DNA of 64,000 nucleotides from assembly GCA_028707125.1 (NCBI GenBank), contig JAQTUX010000001.1, positions 13,639-77,638 on the forward strand. The letters are read 5' to 3'. The position numbers and the translations under genes were made by a program. This DNA is from Candidatus Omnitrophota bacterium (GTDB lineage Bacteria > Omnitrophota > Gorgyraeia > Gygaellales > JAQTUX01). Shown here one piece after another: positions 53,754 through 62,833 of this stretch. The notes under the pieces are model-generated. The model was not told the DNA's origin. It saw nothing but the letters and a program-made list of their open reading frames with translations, and did no database searches. Position 1 is the stretch's first letter. Each line of letters begins with the position of its first letter.

Positions 53754-53786
53754 TGAACTGGTGCCAATTTGGCACCAGTTTTAGAA
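53754..53786 (+). terminator. Rho-independent terminator-like hairpin after comM
   Basis: AACTGGTGCC-AATTT-GGCACCAGTT is a perfect 10-bp stem followed by TTTAG. Confidence 0.55.
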
Positions 53787-54425
53787 ACAGTTTCTCTCCC
53801 GATTAGGAAACTGTTTTAAAACTACACAGGAAACTGCTTTAAGGAAATCAGAAAAGGAGAAATCGATGTCGAAAACGCGAGTATTAATAGAAAATGCGTG
53901 TTATCATCTTTTTGTAAGAGGCAACCACAAACAAAATGTCTTTAGAGAATTGAGCGATTATAGATTCTATCTTCTCCAACTTAGGAGATATAAAAGAAAA
54001 CATTCATTTTTATTATACGGTTATTGTTTGATGCCTAACCATATCCACCTAATTGGTCAACCCAAAGATTCCAAAAAGCTTTCCAAATTTATGCAGGGAT
54101 TACATCGCTCTTATACTGCTTATTATAATAAAAAATACAATAAAGTAGGACATCTATGGCAAAACCGATTCAAAAGTAAAGCAATAAATAAAGATGAATA
54201 TCTAATAGATTGCATTGCTTATATAGAACAGAATCCAGTAAGGGCAAATATGGTCAGTAGCCCAAAGGAATATACATTTAGCAGCTATTTAGAAAGAGAA
54301 TGTAATATTGATGAAGATTTGGATATTAATCTATTGGATAATCTTCTAATCTAAAACAAATATACCCTCAATACCCACTTTGCTATTCAGCTTCGAAACA
54401 GTTTCCTATTAAGAAGTGAAACAGT
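53787..54425 (+). mobile_element. tnpA: IS200/IS605-family element: Y1 (HuH) transposase TnpA flanked by GAAACAGTTTC-type palindromic repeats
   Basis: The CDS 53866..54354 (162 aa) has the HuH motif NHIHLI and a catalytic Tyr region AYIEQNP. Upstream it carries GAAACAGTTTC, GGAAACTGTTTT and GGAAACTGCTTT. Downstream it carries CGAAACAGTTTCC and TGAAACAGTTTCT. Confidence 0.8.
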
Positions 54426-55443
54426 TTCTTAATTTTAATTGGCCGCAGGAGGCAAGGATGTCCTCTCCCCGCTGCTTGCGTAAAGTAACGGGTATCCCCT
54501 GTTTTAAGAGATGATTCTTAAATAAAAGGATTTCCTTCGCAGGGGGCGGCTCTATGTTCAATTCCTTGATGTGATTGGCAGGTATCAGATTGACTTTGGA
54601 TAATCTTATTGTCTTTAAAAGCGCGCTCAACTTTTTGGCGTTCTCCAAAGCGGAATTCAGGCCTTTGATCAAGATATATTCAAATGTAACCTGGCGCTTT
54701 GTTTCTTCCGCGTAGCGGCGGCAGGCAGAAATGAGTTCTGGCAGAGGGTATTTTTTATTTACAGGCATCAGGCGCGTTCTTAAGGCGCTGTCCGCGGCGT
54801 GCAGGGATACGGACAGCTCGATCTGCAGGCCCTCGCCTGCTAATCTTTTGATACCCGGGATGATCCCGCTGGTAGAAATGGTAATGCGCCTTGCCCCGAT
54901 ATTCAGCCCTTCGGGAGAATTTATAACCCTGATCGCCTTTAAGACATTATCGTAGTTATCCAGCGGCTCTCCGATACCCATAAACACAATATGCGTAACC
55001 TTCTTTGCCGCGGAATAGGCCTTGAGGCAAAGTACCTCTTCAATGATCTCAGCGCAGGTCAAATTCCTTTTAAAGCCTGCCAGGCCGCTGGCGCAGAAAG
55101 CGCAGGCGAATGGACAGCCGACTTGAGAAGAAACGCAGCCCGTGACCCTTTTGCCCGCGGGGATACTTACCGCCTCAATGATATTCCTGTCCCGCAATTC
55201 AAAAAGGAATTTTTCTGTTCCATCGCGGGACTCAAACTGCCGCGGCAGGCGCGAAGCGGAAAGCGTGAAATTATCCTTTAGCCGGTTTCTTAAATCCAAA
55301 GGCAGATCGCTCATCCGGCTGAAATCAGGAGCGCCCTTCTTGTAGAGCCAGGAAAATACCTGGCGGCTATGGAAGGCGCCATAGCCCCATTTTTTAAAAA
55401 CTTCCCCTAATTCAGCCAGGGTTAAATTCTTTATGTCGTCCAT
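54409..55443 (-). CDS. rlmN: 23S rRNA/tRNA (adenine-C2)-methyltransferase RlmN (radical SAM)
   Basis: It has the radical SAM cluster VSSQVGCPFACAFCASG and RlmN N-terminal and C-terminal conserved regions. Confidence 0.9.
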   Translation of the reverse strand: MDDIKNLTLAELGEVFKKWGYGAFHSRQVFSWLYKKGAPDFSRMSDLPLDLRNRLKDNFTLSASRLPRQFESRDGTEKFLFELRDRNIIEAVSIPAGKRVTGCVSSQVGCPFACAFCASGLAGFKRNLTCAEIIEEVLCLKAYSAAKKVTHIVFMGIGEPLDNYDNVLKAIRVINSPEGLNIGARRITISTSGIIPGIKRLAGEGLQIELSVSLHAADSALRTRLMPVNKKYPLPELISACRRYAEETKRQVTFEYILIKGLNSALENAKKLSALLKTIRLSKVNLIPANHIKELNIEPPPAKEILLFKNHLLKQGIPVTLRKQRGEDILASCGQLKLRNCFTS

Positions 55444-55449
55444 AGGGTA

Positions 55450-56895
55450 TTAAGGGAGGCGCGCCGATATTGCTTTGCTGTCTGTAACAAACAGGTGCTC
55501 TTTGTAGCGGCAGAGGATGGTTAAACCGCGCCTTAGGCCTTCCGGGATCTTCCGGAACTCCGCGTCCGGCAGATAGATGAAACGCGCCTTTAGCGAAGGG
55601 GCGCTCAAGGCCTGCTCTAAAGACGGCGCATCTTTGAAATACCTGTAATTATCCGTCGACAGGTAAAAAAACGCGGAGCCCCTGTCTACCCTGCATATCA
55701 TCAATTCGTGATCGCCGGCTTGTTTTAAAGCGGCATTGATCGCCGGCGCCATCTTAAACACCTCTTCAAAACGCGGCTTGTAAAGTTTAAGCGGCAGGCA
55801 TAACATAAGCAGGGTCATGGCTATGATTATATATTTTACCGCTTTGGCAAATTTAAATTTGGCCCCCTCGCTTAATAACCTGTTGAGGGAAAGCCCGGCA
55901 AGCAGGGCAGAGGCCGGATACATAGGCAGGATAAAATAGTGCAGTTTCTGGGCGCCGAAAGAAAAGACAAAAGGGAAAAATACCGCCCATATTACCGGTA
56001 TAAGCCAGCCGTTGTTACCCCCTTTAAACTCCTCCTTTATCGCCAGATACCCGCCGTGTAAGGCAAACGGCAGAAAATACCAGTATTTATCCAGCAATGC
56101 CCTTATATAATAATACCAGGGAACATCAAACCTGTCCGCGAAACTGGGTGAAAAGGCGACGTGTTTAAAATTCCAGGCATACCATTTCTCAAACAGCGTG
56201 CTGCCGTAGAGTTTATGCTCCAGAAAGATCCAACCCAGCACCGGGACAACCGCGATAAGGCAGCCGGCTAAAAATAAAGGGTGGAACAGCTCTTTAAATC
56301 TGAACCTGATTAACAAATATAGAACCGCTATCACAAGAGGCGCCGTGCCTACAATATCCTTGGAGAATATGGCGAGGCAGCTTGCCAGGCCGAACAACAG
56401 GTAATAACCGCGCCTGCCTTTCTGCGCCAGATAAAACGCGAACATGGCAAGCGCTATGAAAAACGTGACCGGCAGATCCATACGGCATTGCCGGCTCAGC
56501 CGCGCGACATGATTGGTCAAAAGAAAGCTCCATGCCGCGAAAAAACCTACCCAGATATTCTTAAGCCGCCTGCCGAAATAGAATATCAGGACAGCGGCAA
56601 AAAGCGCGCTCGCCATTGAGAGCAGCTTGGCGGTAAAGAGCCCTGTTCCGAAGAATTTAAAAAGCAGGGCGGTCAGCCAGATCACAAGGGGGAAGTGATA
56701 ATAAAACTGTCCGTCGTAACTTGGATCGTAGATATTAAGCCACTGCCCCGTAGCCGCGACATGCCTGGCTGTAGCCGCGTACATGTAGGAATCGCCGTCC
56801 AATGTAGCTGTATTCCAGGAAAAGGCGAATATCATCATCAGGGCCATGCAGATGATGTAAGCGAGAAGAAAGGCGTGGTTATTTTTTACCGGCAT
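55450..56895 (-). CDS. Glycosyltransferase family 39 (ArnT/PMT-like) polytopic membrane protein
   Basis: 481 aa with ~11 TM helices. The N-terminal loop contains a DGDSYMY-type acidic motif, as in ArnT/PMT_2. Confidence 0.65.
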   Translation of the reverse strand: MPVKNNHAFLLAYIICMALMMIFAFSWNTATLDGDSYMYAATARHVAATGQWLNIYDPSYDGQFYYHFPLVIWLTALLFKFFGTGLFTAKLLSMASALFAAVLIFYFGRRLKNIWVGFFAAWSFLLTNHVARLSRQCRMDLPVTFFIALAMFAFYLAQKGRRGYYLLFGLASCLAIFSKDIVGTAPLVIAVLYLLIRFRFKELFHPLFLAGCLIAVVPVLGWIFLEHKLYGSTLFEKWYAWNFKHVAFSPSFADRFDVPWYYYIRALLDKYWYFLPFALHGGYLAIKEEFKGGNNGWLIPVIWAVFFPFVFSFGAQKLHYFILPMYPASALLAGLSLNRLLSEGAKFKFAKAVKYIIIAMTLLMLCLPLKLYKPRFEEVFKMAPAINAALKQAGDHELMICRVDRGSAFFYLSTDNYRYFKDAPSLEQALSAPSLKARFIYLPDAEFRKIPEGLRRGLTILCRYKEHLFVTDSKAISARLP

Positions 56896-56976
56896 ATCGG
56901 CTTTATTATATTCATTTCCCTTCCGGAATTCAATAACAACTTGAGTATTGATGTATTTAATATATAATATTAGAAA

Positions 56977-58188
56977 ATGGCACCCATAAACAAAAAAATA
57001 ACCGTATTTTCCTGGGCGCTGTATGATTTTGCCAATACGATATTCTCAATGAATATCGTATCGCTGTATTTTGCCCTGTGGGTAACGGTCACAAAAGGCG
57101 CGCAGGATATCACCTACAGCATCGCCCTTTCCCTGTCAATGCTTATCGCCGCGTTCCTTGAGCCCCTTCTGGGGACCATCTCCGATATCCGCCAGAATAA
57201 AATGCGGCTGCTTATGGGATTCACAGCCGCCTGCTGCGTATTTACGGTATTTATGGGGTTCTCCGGCGGGTTGTATACGGGGCTGATTTTTTTCATCGCG
57301 GCAAACGCGGCATACCAGATAGCATCTATATTCTATAACGCGATGTTATCCCATATTGCCGAAAAAAGCGACGTGGGAAGGGTCTCAGGCATGGGGGTCA
57401 GCCTCGGGTATGTGGGCACGCTTGTCGGGCTTTTCACCATAAAGCCGTTCGTGCTAAAAAGCGGCTATCAAGCCGCCTTTATACCTACGGCGCTGCTTTT
57501 CTTCGCCTTCTCCCTGCCCTGCTTTATTTTCGTGAAGGAAACAAAACTCGCGAAAGGCACATTTGAGCTCCCCAGCGTCAAGAACGCCTTCTTAAGGATC
57601 AAACGGACGTTTACGGAAAACACGGAATTACAGGGGGTAAAGTATTTTCTTATCGCCGCCTTCCTGTTTATGAATGCCGTAAACACCGTGATAATCTTTA
57701 TGTCGGTATACATAAAAAAAGTCGTCGGCTTCAGCGATTCGGAGATCGTCACCTTCTACGTCATCTCTACATCCTTCACCATAATAAGCTCTTTTCTTTA
57801 CGGCTTTGTAACCGACAGGGTAGGGCCGTACAAGGCGCTGGGATGGGTTTTAAAGACCTGGTGCGTAGGCATGGCGCTTGTAATGCTCAACTTCAGCAAG
57901 ACGCTGTTCTGGTTTATAGGCCCCATAGCGGGCGCGGCGCTGGGAGCGACCTGGGTTTCTTCGCGCGCGCTGGCAATACACCTGGCCCCCAAAGAAAAAA
58001 TGGGAGAGATATTCGGGATGTTCGGCCTGACCGGCAAGGCCTCCAGCATAATCGGGCCGCTATTATGGGGGCTGGCCATCCTTGTATTTACGCCGCTTGG
58101 GCTGTGGCGCTACAGGATAGCGATCCTAACCCAGCTTCTCCTGGTGATATTAAGCATGCGCTTCTTCAAAAAAATCAATGGAATATAA
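56977..58188 (+). CDS. MFS transporter, LplT-like (lysophospholipid transporter)
   Basis: 403 aa with 12 TM helices. It is directly upstream of, and overlapping, the Aas-like gene, as in lplT-aas operons. Confidence 0.65.
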   Translation: MAPINKKITVFSWALYDFANTIFSMNIVSLYFALWVTVTKGAQDITYSIALSLSMLIAAFLEPLLGTISDIRQNKMRLLMGFTAACCVFTVFMGFSGGLYTGLIFFIAANAAYQIASIFYNAMLSHIAEKSDVGRVSGMGVSLGYVGTLVGLFTIKPFVLKSGYQAAFIPTALLFFAFSLPCFIFVKETKLAKGTFELPSVKNAFLRIKRTFTENTELQGVKYFLIAAFLFMNAVNTVIIFMSVYIKKVVGFSDSEIVTFYVISTSFTIISSFLYGFVTDRVGPYKALGWVLKTWCVGMALVMLNFSKTLFWFIGPIAGAALGATWVSSRALAIHLAPKEKMGEIFGMFGLTGKASSIIGPLLWGLAILVFTPLGLWRYRIAILTQLLLVILSMRFFKKINGI

Positions 58189-60865
58189 AACACTGCCGCA
58201 AATATTCAAAGAGACCGCGTCAAAATTCCGGGGAAACGTCGCCATCCAGGACAAAGACGGCGGAAAATTAAAGGCCTATACCTTCGGAGAGATCAGGGAT
58301 TCAGCCGGAAAAATAGGCGATTTTCTTCTCCATAGCGGAATATGCAAAAATAACGTGTCCCTGATCTGCCCTAACGGCGCGCAGTGGGTAGCGGCGTATT
58401 TCGGTATCCTGGAATCCGGTTCGACCGTTGTCCCCATAGATTACACTCTCACGGCGGAAGAGATCGCCAATATCATATCGGATTCGCAAAGCAAGGCGCT
58501 GTTCTGCTCAAAAGAAGTCCTGCGTAAAATTGAGAGCGCCCTGGGCAAGCTGCCCCACGTCAAGCTCGTGGTCCTGACCAACGCCCAAGCGCAAAAAGAA
58601 GGCATGGCGGGGCTGCGCCAGATAGAAGAACAGGATATCCCCCGTCAAGATATACGGCCGGAAATAAACATAGACGCTGTCGCCTCGCTGCTTTACACAT
58701 CCGGCACGACTGCCAGGCCGAAAGGCGTGATGTTGACGCATAAGAACCTGTGCGCGAATTTCCAGAGTTTAAACGAACTTAAGATATGTTCTTCTAAAGA
58801 CAATGTGCTCTCCATACTCCCCCTGCACCATGCCTACGCCTTTACCGTCACGCTGCTTCTGCCCTTGTTTTCCGGAGCGCGCATAACTTATATACACTCT
58901 TTAAGGACAGACGCCATACTCTCTATAATGAAAGAAACAAAAGTCACGATGCTGGTAGCGGTCCCGGAAATGTTAAATGCCATCCTGAATTCCATAGAGG
59001 ATAACATAAAGCGCCTGGTCCTGCCCTTAAGAATCGGGGTAGCCCTGGCAAGAAAATCCTGCCTGATCATTTATAACGCCAGCGGCCTTAACTGCGCGAA
59101 GGCATTATTCGCGAATATACACTCACGCTTCGGAGGGCATTTAAGGTTCCTGGTAAGCGGAGGCGCCCGGCTTGAACCCAGGGTATCTCTCGGGCTTATG
59201 AGCTTTGGGTTCACTATTTTTGAGGGCTACGGCCTCACCGAAACCTCGCCGGTGGTCGCGCTGGCTAAAAAGGAAATAAAGAAAGCGGCGGCTGTGGGCA
59301 GGGCGATAAACGGCGTGAACATCAGGATAGAAAGCGACAACAAGGGCTCTACCGGAGAGATACTGATCTACGGAGACAATGTGATGAAGGGTTACTACCG
59401 GCGGGATGAAGACACATCCGCGGTAATAAAAAACGGCTGGTTCTATTCCGGCGACCTGGGGTTCATTGATGTTGACGGATACCTCTACATAACCGGCAGG
59501 GCAAAAGACGTGATAGTTTTGAGTTCCGGAAAGAATATTTATCCCGAAGAAATAGAAGAACACTATAAGAAGAGCCCGTTCATCAAAGACATATGCGTCA
59601 TTGATATAACGCAAGGCGGCGTTATAGGGCTCTACGCGGTGATCGCCCCGGATTATGACCACTTCAAGAAGGCGCGGGAGATCAACATAGCGCATAAGAT
59701 AAAATGGGAGGTGGAAAACCTCGCCAAAAACGCCCCCTCATTCCGCCGCCTGCTGGGCTTTACTATCGCCAAGGAAGACCTGCCCAAGACCGCCCTGGGA
59801 AAAGTCAAACGCTACGAAGTCCGGTCAAAATATAAGGACGCGGTCCTGCAGAAAACAAGCGCTGAAGGGACAAATGACGAGCTGCCGCCGGACAAAGAAA
59901 TACTCAAAGATGAAATGGCGCTGGATATCCTGGGTTGCCTCAAAAAGGAATTCAAAAAGGGCGTGGCCCTTGGCGATCATCTGGAGCTGGATCTGGGCGT
60001 GGACTCGCTTATGCGGGTAAACCTGGCGGCCTGCCTGGAAAAGACGCTCAACCGCAATATACCCGACGAGGCAATGTCTTCCGCCTATACTGTCAGGGAA
60101 CTTATAGAAAACATCAAAGGCCTCTCTACCGCGGAAGCCCCTGGCCGGGCGCCTGAGGCAGCGGATTGGGGAAAAATACTGCGGGCTGATCCGGGCAAAG
60201 AGATAATGGAGAAGATCCGCACGCGCGCCAACCTCCTGGAAAAGGGGTTGATATTTTCAGGGACGTTTTTCATAAAGCTGCTCTGCGGCAGCCTGTTTTT
60301 GCTTAAATCCCGCGGCAGGCAGAACCTCCCTTCCAGGGCACCCTATATCATCTGCCCAAACCACACCAGTTTCCTCGACGGCCTTCTCATCAAGGCGTCC
60401 CTGCCGTATTCCCTGGCGGGAAAGATATTCTTTCTCGGGTTCGATTTCAAGTTCTACCGGCTGGCACTGGTGCGCCCCATTATCAAATTGGCCGGCATAA
60501 TACCGCTGGCCCCTTCGGAAAATCTGGTTGAGGCGATGCAGGCCTGCGCCTTTCTGCTTAAACAGGGTAAGATTCTCTGTATCTTTCCTGAAGGCTCGCG
60601 CGGCATAGAAGAAAGGCCCCAGGAATTCAAAAAGGGTGTTGGTATACTGACGCGGGAACTGAATGTTCCTGCTGTTCCCACCTATATTAAGGGCGCTCTT
60701 GCTGCCTGGCCAAGGACGCAAAGATTCCCCAAGCCCCACCCTACCAAAGTGACCTTCGGCAAAGCGGTCTATTCTGAAGAAATTAAAGAACCTCGGGATA
60801 ACAGCGCCTATGAGGCGATCGCTAAGACGCTGCGCGATAGAGTGGAAGGGTTGCTTAAAACTTGA
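58178..60865 (+). CDS. Aas-like tri-domain protein: acyl-AMP ligase (AMP-binding) + ACP-like phosphopantetheine-binding domain + PlsC-type lysophospholipid acyltransferase
   Basis: 895 aa with the AMP-binding motif [16 protein letters not shown]. An internal [19 protein letters not shown] is a carrier-protein DSL Ser motif. The C-terminal [10 protein letters not shown] is the HX4D acyltransferase motif. Confidence 0.8.
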   Translation: MEYKTLPQIFKETASKFRGNVAIQDKDGGKLKAYTFGEIRDSAGKIGDFLLHSGICKNNVSLICPNGAQWVAAYFGILESGSTVVPIDYTLTAEEIANIISDSQSKALFCSKEVLRKIESALGKLPHVKLVVLTNAQAQKEGMAGLRQIEEQDIPRQDIRPEINIDAVASLLYTSGTTARPKGVMLTHKNLCANFQSLNELKICSSKDNVLSILPLHHAYAFTVTLLLPLFSGARITYIHSLRTDAILSIMKETKVTMLVAVPEMLNAILNSIEDNIKRLVLPLRIGVALARKSCLIIYNASGLNCAKALFANIHSRFGGHLRFLVSGGARLEPRVSLGLMSFGFTIFEGYGLTETSPVVALAKKEIKKAAAVGRAINGVNIRIESDNKGSTGEILIYGDNVMKGYYRRDEDTSAVIKNGWFYSGDLGFIDVDGYLYITGRAKDVIVLSSGKNIYPEEIEEHYKKSPFIKDICVIDITQGGVIGLYAVIAPDYDHFKKAREINIAHKIKWEVENLAKNAPSFRRLLGFTIAKEDLPKTALGKVKRYEVRSKYKDAVLQKTSAEGTNDELPPDKEILKDEMALDILGCLKKEFKKGVALGDHLELDLGVDSLMRVNLAACLEKTLNRNIPDEAMSSAYTVRELIENIKGLSTAEAPGRAPEAADWGKILRADPGKEIMEKIRTRANLLEKGLIFSGTFFIKLLCGSLFLLKSRGRQNLPSRAPYIICPNHTSFLDGLLIKASLPYSLAGKIFFLGFDFKFYRLALVRPIIKLAGIIPLAPSENLVEAMQACAFLLKQGKILCIFPEGSRGIEERPQEFKKGVGILTRELNVPAVPTYIKGALAAWPRTQRFPKPHPTKVTFGKAVYSEEIKEPRDNSAYEAIAKTLRDRVEGLLKT

Positions 60866-61412
60866 TCAGATCAAGAGTTTCCGAGCGGGTCTTCTGATTT
60901 TCCTTAAATATCCCCCTGACAGCGGAAGTCACTGTAAGCGTGCCGGGCTTGCGTATGCCGCGCATTGACATGCAAAGATGTTCTGCCTCGATCACGACCA
61001 TCACCCCCAGCGGCTTAAGCTTGCCCATTATCATATCGGCGATCTGGGTAGTCAGCCGTTCCTGCACCTGAGGCCGTTTAGACAGCATATCCACGACGCG
61101 CGCTAATTTGCTCAGGCCCGTGACCCTGCCTCCTTTCGGGATGTAAGCGATATGAGCCCTGCCGAAGAAGGGCAGCAGGTGGTGCTCGCACACGGAATAA
61201 AGCGGTATGCCCTTAAGCAGGACTATCTCGTTGTGCTTCTGGTCCAGTATTACCTCAAGCTCTTTTCTGGGGTCATCTTTAAATCCGGAAAATATTTCTT
61301 CATACATCTCTGCCACGCGCCTGGGCGTATCCTTTAAGTCCTTTCTCTCGGGATCTTCGCCTATGGCCTCGAGGATCATCCTTACAGCTTTCTCGATTTT
61401 CTTCAAATCCAT
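60855..61412 (-). CDS. folE: GTP cyclohydrolase I
   Basis: 185 aa with the conserved CEHHLLPF and the zinc-binding Cys/His of FolE. Confidence 0.9.
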   Translation of the reverse strand: MDLKKIEKAVRMILEAIGEDPERKDLKDTPRRVAEMYEEIFSGFKDDPRKELEVILDQKHNEIVLLKGIPLYSVCEHHLLPFFGRAHIAYIPKGGRVTGLSKLARVVDMLSKRPQVQERLTTQIADMIMGKLKPLGVMVVIEAEHLCMSMRGIRKPGTLTVTSAVRGIFKENQKTRSETLDLIKF

Positions 61413-61424
61413 ATTTTATCCCCC

Positions 61425-62789
61425 TTATTTTCCAATACAAAACTGACTAAATATATTCTCCAATATATCGTCGCTGAAATTCTCCCCCGTTATCATGCCG
61501 AGATCATCCAGAGCGCGCCTTAGATCAAAGGCGGCAAGCTCCAAATCCCGCGAAGATGCCGCGGCCCTTTTTACTCCGGCAAGCGCGTCCGCCATAAGCC
61601 CGGCATGCCTGGCGTTGGCCATGATCGTAAAATTATCCGCGGATACTTTTCCGTCAAGGACAATGCCGGCGACCGCCTCTTCTACCCTGTCCAGCCCTTC
61701 GTCCTTCAGGGCCGAAACCCTGCGGGCGATCATGCCTTTATGCCCCGGCAAACTTAATCTCTGTTTCAGGTCGGATTTATTTATTACGACGACCGCGTTC
61801 CTGCCTTTAAGTTTTTTAAGCAATCGCTTATCCTCAGCCGCGGCCGGCTTTGAGCCGTCCAGAACAAGCAGGATAATATCCGCCTCTTTGAAATATTTCC
61901 TGGTTTTGCTCAGGGCCTTTCTCTCAAGCAGGTCTTTGGGCTCAACTATGCCGGCAGTATCGATTATTCTCACAGGTATGCCCCTGATATCCATTATATC
62001 CTCGATCGCGTCCCTGGTTGTACCCGGGATATGCGTGACGATCGCCCGTTCCTTTTTAAGCAGGGCGTTAAGCAGGGACGATTTGCCCACATTAGGCCTG
62101 CCGAATATGCAGATGCTTACTCCTTCCCTGAATATCCTGCTGTTTGAGGCGCCCTTAAGCAAACCTTCCAAATGGCGCTGTATTTGCAGAATATCTTTAT
62201 CTAAACCATCCTTGCCGCGCGCCTCTATGCCTTCCTCGGGAAAATCTATCTCCGCTTCAATACGGCTTAACAGGGAAGTGAGCGCCTGCCTGATCTTCTT
62301 GATCTTGCCTGAAAATGCCCCTCTTAACTGGCTGACGCTGATGGAAAGCGCCTTGTCTGTCTTTGATCTTATGATATCCAATACGGATTCTGCCTGCGCC
62401 AGGTCTATCCTGCCGTTCAAGAACGCCCTTAAGGTAAACTCTCCCGGTTCAGCCAGGCGCGCTCCGCTGCCGACGGAAATATCCAGTATCCGCCTTAAAG
62501 GCACGATGCCGCCGTGGCAGCCTATCTCAACTATATCTTCTCTGGTGTAGGTCTTGGGCTTGCGCATAACTGTGAGCAAAACCTCGTCCACGGCATTTTC
62601 ATCGTTGTCCCTGACCCAGCCGTAATGGACTGTGTGGGTCTTATAATTTGAGGGCTTGCCGCCGTCTTTGGCGGAAAAGATCTTATCGGCTATGGCCAGC
62701 GCGCCTTCTCCGCTTAAGCGCACGATCCCTATGCCGCCCTCTCCCATCGGCGTAGATATCGCGACTATCGTATCTGTTGGATTATACAT
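61425..62789 (-). CDS. mnmE: tRNA modification GTPase MnmE/TrmE
   Basis: The N-terminal DTIVAISTPMGEGGIGIVRLSG, the G-domain GRPNVGKSSLLNAL and the C-terminal CIGK are MnmE hallmarks. The start was taken at the internal Met MYNPTD. Confidence 0.85.
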   Translation of the reverse strand: MYNPTDTIVAISTPMGEGGIGIVRLSGEGALAIADKIFSAKDGGKPSNYKTHTVHYGWVRDNDENAVDEVLLTVMRKPKTYTREDIVEIGCHGGIVPLRRILDISVGSGARLAEPGEFTLRAFLNGRIDLAQAESVLDIIRSKTDKALSISVSQLRGAFSGKIKKIRQALTSLLSRIEAEIDFPEEGIEARGKDGLDKDILQIQRHLEGLLKGASNSRIFREGVSICIFGRPNVGKSSLLNALLKKERAIVTHIPGTTRDAIEDIMDIRGIPVRIIDTAGIVEPKDLLERKALSKTRKYFKEADIILLVLDGSKPAAAEDKRLLKKLKGRNAVVVINKSDLKQRLSLPGHKGMIARRVSALKDEGLDRVEEAVAGIVLDGKVSADNFTIMANARHAGLMADALAGVKRAAASSRDLELAAFDLRRALDDLGMITGENFSDDILENIFSQFCIGK

Positions 62790-62833
62790 AATTCCCTCTA
62801 CACACTTACGTGTGTAGAATCCCTTGGCTATGC

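Noticed and set aside
61495-62550. 351-aa plus-strand ORF antisense to mnmE
   Set aside because: Low-complexity Ser/Ala/Leu/Arg-rich translation typical of an antisense frame of a GC-moderate gene. mnmE on the opposite strand has all the family motifs.
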